From a virus (taxonomy: Duplodnaviria; Caudoviricetes), in IMG/VR virus record IMGVR_UViG_3300014204_000112, positions 1 through 64,000 of that record: a DNA stretch of 64,000 nucleotides; one strand, given 5' to 3'. Positions 10,611 to 19,098 of the stretch are shown here, piece after piece. The position numbers and the translations under genes were made by a program. The notes below the pieces were generated by a model. It had not been told where the DNA came from. It saw nothing but the letters and a program-made list of their open reading frames with translations, and did not search any database. Position 1 is the stretch's first letter, and each line of letters begins with the position of its first letter.

Positions 10611-12644
10611 TTATGGAATGGTGGTCGTAGTAGTAGTTGGAATCACTCCCAACGGTATGGTCACAGTATCGATCAGAACGTTATCTTTGGTGAACGTGTA
10701 TGTTCCAGCGATAGTTGGTATCAATTGGTAGCCAGCATAGTTCAAGTTGAACGTCCATGGCAAGGTCTTGAGAGTATTGATAGGATCTGCAATGTTCGAT
10801 AACGTGTAAGTCACGCTGTAAAGAGCATCCGTGAACGTAACTTCGTACGGTCCACTAGGAGCAGGATTTGCTGTGAACGTTACCGATTTGCTGGTCAATA
10901 TCGTGAAGTCTATCTGGTTGGCAATCGTCGTGGTCGTAGTAGTTGGAGCAGAAGTGGTGGTCGTAGTAGTTGGAGCAGAAGTGGTGGTCGTGGTAGTTGG
11001 GGCAGTAGTTGTAGTCGTTGTCGGAGCTATCGTAGTTGTCGTTGTAGTAGTTGTAGTTATTCCAGACGTGGTGGTCGTAGTTGTAGGAATTGCTGAGATT
11101 GGGACGTCTATTTCGTACTCGCACGATGTGTTGTACGTGAACGTGTAAACTCCGATCACGGTAGGAACTTCTGCAAAATGAACGTCTGATAGATCGAACG
11201 TCCAAGGTAATGAAATCGAGAATCCGAGCAACCCAGTTAAATCGTGATTGCCGCCTAATTGATCTACAAAGGTTACGGTATGTGGTCCCACTGGAGTTCC
11301 CGTAAATGTGATCGTGTTAGGATTATTGCCATAAGGTAAAGTGAAGTTAATTGCATTTGGCGGACAGTAACCTGGAGCAGTAGTAGTTGTAGTCGTCGGA
11401 GGTTGAGTGGTTACTGGAACTCCCTTTATCAAGTAAAATGGGCTGAATGCTGTTACTTGTGCATAAATCGATCTGGTTGCATAATCTGGAGCGTACAGTC
11501 CACCTAGAATGGTCTCATCCACTAAGACTGATCCTACTTGGTGGAATATTCTTACCAAATCGAAATCTGGTTCGGTCATCGATTGTGGAAGTGTGAATTT
11601 CACTATAGCTCCAGCATCATAGACAGTATTCACATCGTGAATTGAATAAGTCAGAACGCTATTTTCCAAGTAATACCCAGAAGGAAGTGTGTACCCTCCG
11701 CTGGTAGTTGGAGTAGGCAAAGAACAAATGGTAATAGGTCCAGCAGCAGCAGTCGTTCCAATTATTTCTATTCCGAATTGTGGGAATATTATTGGCACAG
11801 TATCTGCTATTTCCGTGATGCAAGAGTATCCTGCTTGCGAGCAGTACGGATCCACCGTGAAGTAATGCAATGTAACCGTATCGTAATTCTCTAAGGTCCA
11901 TCCAGCAATCGTTGGATTGAAGTACAGAACATCGGACGAGTCTATCGATCTGAGAGTAGAGGCAGTAGTTCCTCCGTCCTTGCTGAAATAAGCTGGCAAA
12001 GTTTTAACAGCATCTCCTACTCTGATCTGAAGACCATTGATGAATAGTAACATGTTGCTTGATGCTAACGGAGCCGGAACCAAGAATAAGCCAGCAGAAA
12101 TAGGAGATCCATCAATTGAAACAGCATCGGCAACGGCTGACATTATTACTTCCTGCATGCATGGAGTTGCCCCGTAACCTGCTCCGGCCAATAAAGTCCA
12201 ACCTGTGCTCGTCAACCAAACGTAAACTCCCTCCACCCTATTTCCTTGGGCTTCGATGTAGACCAATTCCCCTGGAATTCCGGTCGTAGGCAAAAGCCCA
12301 TAAACTCTCAATCTTAACCTTAACGTATCAGTAACATCGTCCGCTATGAAATTAGCAGCGGTCACTGATCCGCTTGGATGCAGGTGTATCGTTGTAGGAT
12401 AACGTCCGTCTTGTAATTGAGCACCGTACACTCTCAGTCCATTCCTAACCGTCACCCAATTCGCATCGATATTGCTGATGTCCACAGTGACTTCAGACGT
12501 TCCCTGTTCGTAATTTATGGACGTCAAGAATTCCTTTATCGCAGAAGTCAGAGTTTGAAAATTAAAATTTGACAGCTCTACTATCGAACTAGTGCTCGTA
12601 TTGCTTAAGGTTTTAACTGATGTGAGCTTTACTTCAACCGACAT
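10611..12644 (-). CDS. Virion-associated protein with poly-Thr (mucin-like) linkers and a duplicated C-terminal beta domain
   Basis: 677-aa ORF with PTTTTT tracts and two copies of a GP..VTF.D..LPWTF.L..PT..G.YTFT domain. Confidence 0.65.
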   Translation of the reverse strand: MSVEVKLTSVKTLSNTSTSSIVELSNFNFQTLTSAIKEFLTSINYEQGTSEVTVDISNIDANWVTVRNGLRVYGAQLQDGRYPTTIHLHPSGSVTAANFIADDVTDTLRLRLRVYGLLPTTGIPGELVYIEAQGNRVEGVYVWLTSTGWTLLAGAGYGATPCMQEVIMSAVADAVSIDGSPISAGLFLVPAPLASSNMLLFINGLQIRVGDAVKTLPAYFSKDGGTTASTLRSIDSSDVLYFNPTIAGWTLENYDTVTLHYFTVDPYCSQAGYSCITEIADTVPIIFPQFGIEIIGTTAAAGPITICSLPTPTTSGGYTLPSGYYLENSVLTYSIHDVNTVYDAGAIVKFTLPQSMTEPDFDLVRIFHQVGSVLVDETILGGLYAPDYATRSIYAQVTAFSPFYLIKGVPVTTQPPTTTTTTAPGYCPPNAINFTLPYGNNPNTITFTGTPVGPHTVTFVDQLGGNHDLTGLLGFSISLPWTFDLSDVHFAEVPTVIGVYTFTYNTSCEYEIDVPISAIPTTTTTTSGITTTTTTTTTIAPTTTTTTAPTTTTTTSAPTTTTTTSAPTTTTTTIANQIDFTILTSKSVTFTANPAPSGPYEVTFTDALYSVTYTLSNIADPINTLKTLPWTFNLNYAGYQLIPTIAGTYTFTKDNVLIDTVTIPLGVIPTTTTTTIP
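10925..11090. repeat. Thr-rich coding repeats (27-bp unit PTTTTTTSA)
   Basis: gtggtcgtagtagttggagcagaagtg repeated in tandem. Confidence 0.85.
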
Positions 12645-12653
12645 GCTGAGCCG

Positions 12654-14003
12654 TTATTTTTCAGATTCCTGACCGAGAACCATTTTTTCTATGAATTCTG
12701 TTTTCGAATCCACCTTGCTGTTCATATCAACCGTTCCAGAGCGAATGATACATTCTTTCAGGTCTCCATAAATCGGGTTATTTGGACTACTCTTTATGTA
12801 AGTCAATTCGATCTTGTTCTGACCGTCCCTTTGGAATGCGCATTCTTTCAAGTAAGAGTAACGAATATCGTTCTTGTCTATGAAGTATGATTCAATGATT
12901 CTCGAAGATCTCACCTTGCAATCGTAAAGCTTGCAGTTCGTAAGTTCTCCCTCGATGTAACAACGAATGAAGTCGACATCGGAAACTGAAAAGCATTCCT
13001 TAAGGCTAGACTCTCGCACCTGAATACGCTTCAGGTCTGTGTCATAGTTCACTTGACCTTTAGTTAAGTTACCTGTGGTTATCAGGTCGAATAGTTTTTC
13101 CCTAAGGTTTGAGTAATTCGATTCGAGAACGCGTGGATCATCCTTCAAGTCAACGTAAAGCTTGATTTCTGGGAATGTCCTGACGAAATTCTCGTATGTT
13201 TTGACTGAAAGGAGAACGTCCTTCCTAGTTTTCATGAAGTCTGCAATCTTCCTGCGCTCGTTTACTGTGTACTCGTTATTGTGCGTGAGGGTCTCGTACA
13301 GGCTTTCTGCCATGTAATTGATGAGTTCGACAGCTTCCTTCTTCTTTTTCTCGTAATCCTTTCCGCCAGCATATCTCACTTCGAGGTAATTGCTAGGAAG
13401 TTTCGTGAAATTAAGGCCGAAGTACTTGGAAAATGGGAGGTTGAAATCTAATGGGCTTGATGGATTAGCATAATCCAAGCTAGCCTCAGAGATGAACTTG
13501 TTCTTTGGGTAAATGTTCAGAACCGAGTTCTTGTAGATCTTTTGAATCCTGGACTTGGCCGAGGGCCACAGATCGAAGATCTTTGCTTCGTCCAGGTTCA
13601 AAATATACTTAAAAACGTTCAGATTTTGCAGTTTTTCTTTCATGTTGAGATCGACTTCATTGAAAGAAATGTTGATATGCAACCCGGTACGTTCATTTGT
13701 GAACCCATTTTCATTGATGAAGTTGAAAACTTTGAACAGAACGTAAATTGCTTCGTTGTATGGCATTACGCCAGTGATCAGCTCATTGGTCTTCATTCCA
13801 CCCGAATAGTCGGGTTCCAACTTGAACGTGTTAGGCAGGACTGGAGTTTTTCCATGGTACCGATTCGTCCAATTGACCGTTTTCCCCAAGGTCTTTGATA
13901 ACTGTTCTGAGAGCTCCTTTCTCGTCAATGGAGAAAAGAACTCGAACTCAAATCCGAGCTCGACGTTATCGAATAGCTTCTTCTTGTTTATGTCTTTGTA
14001 CAT
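12654..14003 (-). CDS. Putative amidoligase (COOH-NH2 ligase, Amidoligase_2-like)
   Basis: Motifs GFEFEF, EPDYSGG..ELIT, TGLHINIS, KYFGLNF and LEVRYAGG. Confidence 0.75.
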   Translation of the reverse strand: MYKDINKKKLFDNVELGFEFEFFSPLTRKELSEQLSKTLGKTVNWTNRYHGKTPVLPNTFKLEPDYSGGMKTNELITGVMPYNEAIYVLFKVFNFINENGFTNERTGLHINISFNEVDLNMKEKLQNLNVFKYILNLDEAKIFDLWPSAKSRIQKIYKNSVLNIYPKNKFISEASLDYANPSSPLDFNLPFSKYFGLNFTKLPSNYLEVRYAGGKDYEKKKKEAVELINYMAESLYETLTHNNEYTVNERRKIADFMKTRKDVLLSVKTYENFVRTFPEIKLYVDLKDDPRVLESNYSNLREKLFDLITTGNLTKGQVNYDTDLKRIQVRESSLKECFSVSDVDFIRCYIEGELTNCKLYDCKVRSSRIIESYFIDKNDIRYSYLKECAFQRDGQNKIELTYIKSSPNNPIYGDLKECIIRSGTVDMNSKVDSKTEFIEKMVLGQESEK

Positions 14004-14011
14004 AGTTAGGT

Positions 14012-14018
14012 TATTTAT
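14012..14018 (-). promoter_or_regulatory. Late promoter (ATAAATA)
   Basis: GAATAAATAAC in the intergenic gap upstream of 14003. Confidence 0.65.
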
Positions 14019-14025
14019 TCAAGGT

Positions 14026-16101
14026 TTAACGGTTTATCGCAATGAATGGAGTATTTAATCTTGGCCTACAATTATCAATGATGGCAAGAGTGGATTCATC
14101 CCTAACAAACAATTGGCTTATCACGAACTCGTGATCTTCTGTTTGAATCATCGTATTGAACAGCCTGACGTTCGCAAGCCAGTAATTCGCTCCGCATATC
14201 GCGAAATTAGCAGTAGTTTCGAAATCGAATTTTCCTATGTTCTGAGTTCCAGTATTAAGAACTGGTTCTATCCCATTGAAGTTCTTCACGTTAGCTGGAT
14301 CCTGAGAGAAAGAGTAAACGTTGACTTCTAACTGTCCATACTGAGCGGAAACAGGAACGGTCAGGGCATACCATTTTCCATATTCGATCGTACCTACCAC
14401 AAACGTGTACGTTGTAGAATTTATCTGTACGTATATCGTTAGGGTAGGCGAGGCAGAATCCACAATAGAGCCGGAGATGATAAGACCTTTCTGCTGAGTA
14501 TCATCATATCCTCTGAACAGAGTCACGACCTGTGTGCCCTTAATGAAATTCACAAGGGAACAGTACGTCATGTTCGGAGTTTCGCTTGTCGATGCAACCT
14601 TCTTGTAAACGATAGCATTGTCAGATTGCATGAAACTAACAGTTCCAGAATCTTCAAGAATGTCAACTCTTTCGGCAGTTTTGAATCCGAGAGTTTTGTA
14701 ACCTTCAATGACGACGTATTTTCCTAGAGCAGAGTACGAATCCTTAGGACCATTCGTTTTTATCCTAGGTTTCGAAGTTTCTCCTATTTTGAAATTGTAG
14801 TCTCCGGTTTCTAAAGAATTGGCAAGCCAAGCAGCAAACAAATCGCTATCTTCGTATCCCCATAATTCCTTTGGTGAAGTACCAGTAAGAATCTGGTCAG
14901 TAGTACGACCAAATGAAGAAAGTGAGTAAACAGTTTGAGTCGGTTTTACTGGGCTCATATCATAATAGTACTCAATGAGTTTGGAGTAATTGAAAGTGAT
15001 GTCCTGAATTTTATTTTTCAATTCTGGGTGTAAAGCCCTACGAGTCTCATCGAACCTGTCAGAAATGGTAGTGAACTGTTGCTTGTCCAATGCATCCAAA
15101 GCCTGCGAAGCAGCTTCGTTTCCGAATAACTGGTCGGACGACATGATGAGGTTATCTAGGAACTGCCTATCTTCTGGTTTCATGAACGTATCGATGTTCG
15201 GATGGAACTTGGTGAGCTGAATTTTCCAGTACATAGGTTCCATCATGAACCCCCTGTACAAGTATGATCCTTGGATTTCGTACATCCTATTCAATAAAGG
15301 AAAGTAGAGGTAGTCTTTCTTTCTTGGTTGGGTGTTTCTTCCAAACATCTGTTGAAAGTAAACATTATCTACGTGAACTTCGAATGGTATTTCGAAATCC
15401 ACTCCAAATTCTTCGAATCTCGGCTTGTTATCTGGGAACTTATTTTCCGGAACCACTACTTTGATACACTTACGATTAGTGGTTTTGAAGAGGGTCCATT
15501 CTTTGAAGATGAAATCTCCACCATCCCTATCCGGTTCGGTCTTGAAGTACACTACTTCGTGGCCGAATATCTTGTTAGTCTGTAAGCTAAGTTCATGCGC
15601 GATCCCAACTGCTGTGCCTGCATCGTACGGTTTGAATAGAGCGTCCTTCTCAGCAGTTATCATTGGACATTTTTCATCGGAACACTGAACTGGAGGACTG
15701 TAATCCTGCCCTTCGCTCTGTTTAGTTTCGACTCCGATCTTTATCCATTCGATCTTTAGTGATTCGGCTAATTGATCGTATGATTCATCATCGTATTCAT
15801 ACTTGACTTCGAAGAAAATATCAGATTCTTCGAATTCTAGGAGTTCGAGTTCGGTCAGGTTAGTCGGCGTAAATGTGTACCATAAGGACCAATTAGCCCT
15901 ATCTGTTGAGTATCTAAGTTTGCGAGTGATGTTAGGTTCCAAAGCACTGTCAAGATCGAGCTCTTCCTTATACCCATTCGGTTTCGTTAAGCGTACTGCT
16001 TTACGAACGGGTTCGCCAGTCGTGAAAATTCTGTAATTCTTGCTGTACCCGATCGAATTTTTTGCCGGGTCTGGAACAATCTTGTATGTTACTTTCTGCA
16101 T
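14026..16101 (-). CDS. Neck/head-completion protein (T4 gp14-like domain) with extra domains
   Basis: GHEVVYF...FGVDF...PRKKDYLYFPLLNRMYEI resembles the gp14 P.EGDLIYFP...LFEI motif. Confidence 0.6.
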   Translation of the reverse strand: MQKVTYKIVPDPAKNSIGYSKNYRIFTTGEPVRKAVRLTKPNGYKEELDLDSALEPNITRKLRYSTDRANWSLWYTFTPTNLTELELLEFEESDIFFEVKYEYDDESYDQLAESLKIEWIKIGVETKQSEGQDYSPPVQCSDEKCPMITAEKDALFKPYDAGTAVGIAHELSLQTNKIFGHEVVYFKTEPDRDGGDFIFKEWTLFKTTNRKCIKVVVPENKFPDNKPRFEEFGVDFEIPFEVHVDNVYFQQMFGRNTQPRKKDYLYFPLLNRMYEIQGSYLYRGFMMEPMYWKIQLTKFHPNIDTFMKPEDRQFLDNLIMSSDQLFGNEAASQALDALDKQQFTTISDRFDETRRALHPELKNKIQDITFNYSKLIEYYYDMSPVKPTQTVYSLSSFGRTTDQILTGTSPKELWGYEDSDLFAAWLANSLETGDYNFKIGETSKPRIKTNGPKDSYSALGKYVVIEGYKTLGFKTAERVDILEDSGTVSFMQSDNAIVYKKVASTSETPNMTYCSLVNFIKGTQVVTLFRGYDDTQQKGLIISGSIVDSASPTLTIYVQINSTTYTFVVGTIEYGKWYALTVPVSAQYGQLEVNVYSFSQDPANVKNFNGIEPVLNTGTQNIGKFDFETTANFAICGANYWLANVRLFNTMIQTEDHEFVISQLFVRDESTLAIIDNCRPRLNTPFIAINR

Positions 16102-16118
16102 TGAACCTATCTTTTTGT

Positions 16119-16125
16119 TATTTAT
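16119..16125 (-). promoter_or_regulatory. Late promoter (ATAAATA)
   Basis: CGATAAATAAC upstream of the ATG at 16101. Confidence 0.7.
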
Positions 16126-16158
16126 CGTAGGTCAATCAGAAATGGGGACTCTAATGCA

Positions 16159-16638
16159 TTATATGATTTCCCTGCAGCTTACGCGATCAATTTCGAACCA
16201 AATAGTTGGGCCTGAGAACTTGTCAGTATTCAGGTAGAACACTATTCCATTAAACGGAAGAGAATTTCCGACAACTGTTTCAATTACATTTACCGCATTT
16301 GTTGGACTAGCTGAATATTCAGCTGCAACAAATCCTCCGCCTGGATTAACCAGAGAAGTTCCGTTCAATCGATACAGGAATAGCGAAGCATTTGATCTGT
16401 ACCAGAATTCAACTTGATAATTGTTTCTAGCTTCGACTATAGCGAAATCATTACTAACTACGCCAATGTCTCCAGTTTTGCTGGCTTGCCTGGTGATTTT
16501 TTGAACCCTATCCCGAAAGCCAACTACTATTGGAGAGTAAATGGAGTACGAGGCGAATTGCCCTGGAATAAGCCGCCATTCATCGCCCAATCCGCTTGGA
16601 GAAAGTTTATCAACCCAGTCTTCTGTTAATATTGCCAT
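16159..16638 (-). CDS. Hypothetical beta-rich protein, possibly carbohydrate-binding
   Basis: 159-aa ORF within the operon; YQVEFWYR and FEIDRVSCRE are CBM-like strands. Confidence 0.55.
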   Translation of the reverse strand: MAILTEDWVDKLSPSGLGDEWRLIPGQFASYSIYSPIVVGFRDRVQKITRQASKTGDIGVVSNDFAIVEARNNYQVEFWYRSNASLFLYRLNGTSLVNPGGGFVAAEYSASPTNAVNVIETVVGNSLPFNGIVFYLNTDKFSGPTIWFEIDRVSCREII

Positions 16639-16653
16639 TTGTGTTCGTTAATT

Positions 16654-19098
16654 TTAGAAGTAATCGCTATCGCCATTAGAAACGAGTTCAGTACCAAATC
16701 CTGAAGGAGCGGTCGTAGTCGTTGTAGTTGGCGAACCGGTAGTCGTAGTGGTTGTAGTTGGCGAACCGGTAGTCGTAGTGGTTGTAGGTCCAGTAGTGGT
16801 TGTTGTAGTAGGCTGTGTGGTAGTGGTTGTAGTAACTCCCTGTGGGTGAACATCCTGTGCCGTTTGGTGAGCAGTAATGTATGAACCGGAAATAGTTACT
16901 TCAATAACATTTCCATCAGAATTAGTAGGGTGTACGTAATTCAAAAAATCATAAATTGATACATTGCTTTCCAGTGCACAAGTTAATCCATCAGCAATAT
17001 TCTGACGATTTCCATGAAGCTGTAACTGAGGAAGGCTAGAGCCGGTGCCATCATAGTATCCAAATTTTGCATAAATCGAAGATTGGTCGATTGGCTGCCA
17101 ATCTACTGAAGATGATCCACCATTCCATGAATAACCCATTGCAAACGGTCTCAACAGATAACCAGTGGTCATCGTTGGAGATGGAGTGGTTAAAGAAACT
17201 CCAAACTTCATTTTTTCTGAAACGTTTACGTTTGGCCAGTGATCTGGTATTCCCCTAACTATTACTTGGTAAGCTTCGCTTCCTATTGGATGTTGCATTG
17301 CTGACCAAGCAGTATCTGCAATATCTCCAACTGAAACCGACAGAGCTGCATACGGATTAGAATAGTATGGCGGCGATACTCTACCAGTAGTGGTAGAAAC
17401 GGTCCAGTTCGATATTAAGAATTTTACTGTGAAGTTCACAACATTTCCGATCTTAGTCATTATTCCACTTTGACCAGAAATAGTTGGGTTAACATTGGTC
17501 AACCCAGTCGCAACAGTTGGCAGAGTTCCAAAATAAACAGTAGGAGTAAATGTCACTTCTTGATATTCATCCAACGTGTTAGAATCACTACTATTCTTAG
17601 TAGGAACTGTTCCAGTTGAAACTGGGAATGGAATTGCACTGTTTAGCCTGGAATCTTTTACCTTTAGGGCATAATTCGTGCTGCTAGAACCTATGATAAC
17701 TTCCTTCGTAATATCACTAGCATAAAGGCCTAGATCTGAATCTGATTCAGCGGTCAAACCCAATGAATTGAATGTTATTCCAAGAACTTCATTCTGGACA
17801 GTCACGTTCAATTTATCGAATAGAACCCTAGTTATGGAATTGCCGGTGTCTGACTTAATAATGAGGCTGTCGTTCCAACGGTTTAGATCGAATCCCATGG
17901 CTATCTTGTGAGATACCGAAAGAGAATCTGTGCTTTTCAGATGAAGTCCATCAAGTCCGATTCCGGTTAAGGCAACGTCAGGATTAGAAGTTACTGATTC
18001 AAGGTTCTTATTGCTGAACCCGAATTGAAGTATTGAGTTATTTCCTTGCTGATCTAAATTCTTTTTGTTTATTGACCATGTGAATTTAGAGTTTAATGCA
18101 GGTCGAGTGGTGCTGTCATTCGAATGAAGGTTGAAATCTGCCAAAATTGCACTCTGTCCAGGAAGTTCAGTAGCTGTCAACCTGTACTTACGTACTCGTA
18201 AATTCTGATATGTTGGGCTTATAACATAAGTCGCTCCAGAATCAGCAGAATTAAGGTATTCTCGTATGTCATCGACTGACCCTAATTCCAATTGATGCCT
18301 ATAACCAGTAGAATCAATAAATTGATCTGCTTCAATAGCTGCACTGGATGCATTGAAAAATGAGTAAAGTGAAAGAATCGATGAGTATGGGAATGCTGTA
18401 TTGAGATTCGAAATGTTCGTTCCCAACCTATCTACTGCAATTTCAATGTTGTACCCATTCAGGCCAGGAGAACCAACTGCTTTTACCGTCTTTACTGTGT
18501 ATGGGTCAAAATTAAACATGACTCCCTGAGCATTCTGCGAACCGTCAGTTGTCAATCTCCAGTTAGGGGGATACGACAAGTAATAATCGGCAGGCTTAGA
18601 AGCGAAACCGATTGTATTTCGATCGAGCCCTTGTGAATTCTTTACTAAAACTGCAATACGAGCAGGCGGAGCTTGTGAAATTATACCAGTAGCCCAAGGC
18701 TGTTGATCAAGATTTATGCTTCTAATGAGAGCATCGAAGTCGGTCACAAGTTCCCAAACAGTACCGTCAGTTGTTTTTGTGTAAATTCCATTGTATGTAG
18801 TTGCACCAACTGTCACTTCTCCAACATAATAGTCCCCGATTACTGAATCGGCAGGAGAGGAAGCAGAAAGATCTAATTGAATTCCGCTCGGAACTGACCA
18901 CATTACTGATCCATTCTTACCAGTCAATCCAATCGGACCTATTGGTCCAGGTCCACCGGCTTCGCCAGTATCACCCTTGTCTCCAGTTTGACCAACTCCG
19001 AGAGCAATCAGTTGATTGAAGTTGAAATTTAGCTTGCTCGCTAAATCCGATTGACTATCAATCGCGAATATCTCTTTAAGATTGATGTTGACCGCCAT
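16654..19098 (-). CDS. Tail fibre-like protein with short collagen segment and poly-Thr tail
   Basis: GQTGDKGDTGEAGGPGPIGPIGLTGKNG collagen stretch, FTPT...TKIGNVV fibre motif, and C-terminal TTTTTTGSP repeats. Confidence 0.7.
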   Translation of the reverse strand: MAVNINLKEIFAIDSQSDLASKLNFNFNQLIALGVGQTGDKGDTGEAGGPGPIGPIGLTGKNGSVMWSVPSGIQLDLSASSPADSVIGDYYVGEVTVGATTYNGIYTKTTDGTVWELVTDFDALIRSINLDQQPWATGIISQAPPARIAVLVKNSQGLDRNTIGFASKPADYYLSYPPNWRLTTDGSQNAQGVMFNFDPYTVKTVKAVGSPGLNGYNIEIAVDRLGTNISNLNTAFPYSSILSLYSFFNASSAAIEADQFIDSTGYRHQLELGSVDDIREYLNSADSGATYVISPTYQNLRVRKYRLTATELPGQSAILADFNLHSNDSTTRPALNSKFTWSINKKNLDQQGNNSILQFGFSNKNLESVTSNPDVALTGIGLDGLHLKSTDSLSVSHKIAMGFDLNRWNDSLIIKSDTGNSITRVLFDKLNVTVQNEVLGITFNSLGLTAESDSDLGLYASDITKEVIIGSSSTNYALKVKDSRLNSAIPFPVSTGTVPTKNSSDSNTLDEYQEVTFTPTVYFGTLPTVATGLTNVNPTISGQSGIMTKIGNVVNFTVKFLISNWTVSTTTGRVSPPYYSNPYAALSVSVGDIADTAWSAMQHPIGSEAYQVIVRGIPDHWPNVNVSEKMKFGVSLTTPSPTMTTGYLLRPFAMGYSWNGGSSSVDWQPIDQSSIYAKFGYYDGTGSSLPQLQLHGNRQNIADGLTCALESNVSIYDFLNYVHPTNSDGNVIEVTISGSYITAHQTAQDVHPQGVTTTTTTQPTTTTTTGPTTTTTTGSPTTTTTTTGSPTTTTTTAPSGFGTELVSNGDSDYF

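Noticed and set aside
16638-16656. Readthrough fusion of the 814-aa fibre and the in-frame 159-aa ORF
   Set aside because: Two TAA stops separate them and the second ORF has its own ATG with an A-rich leader.
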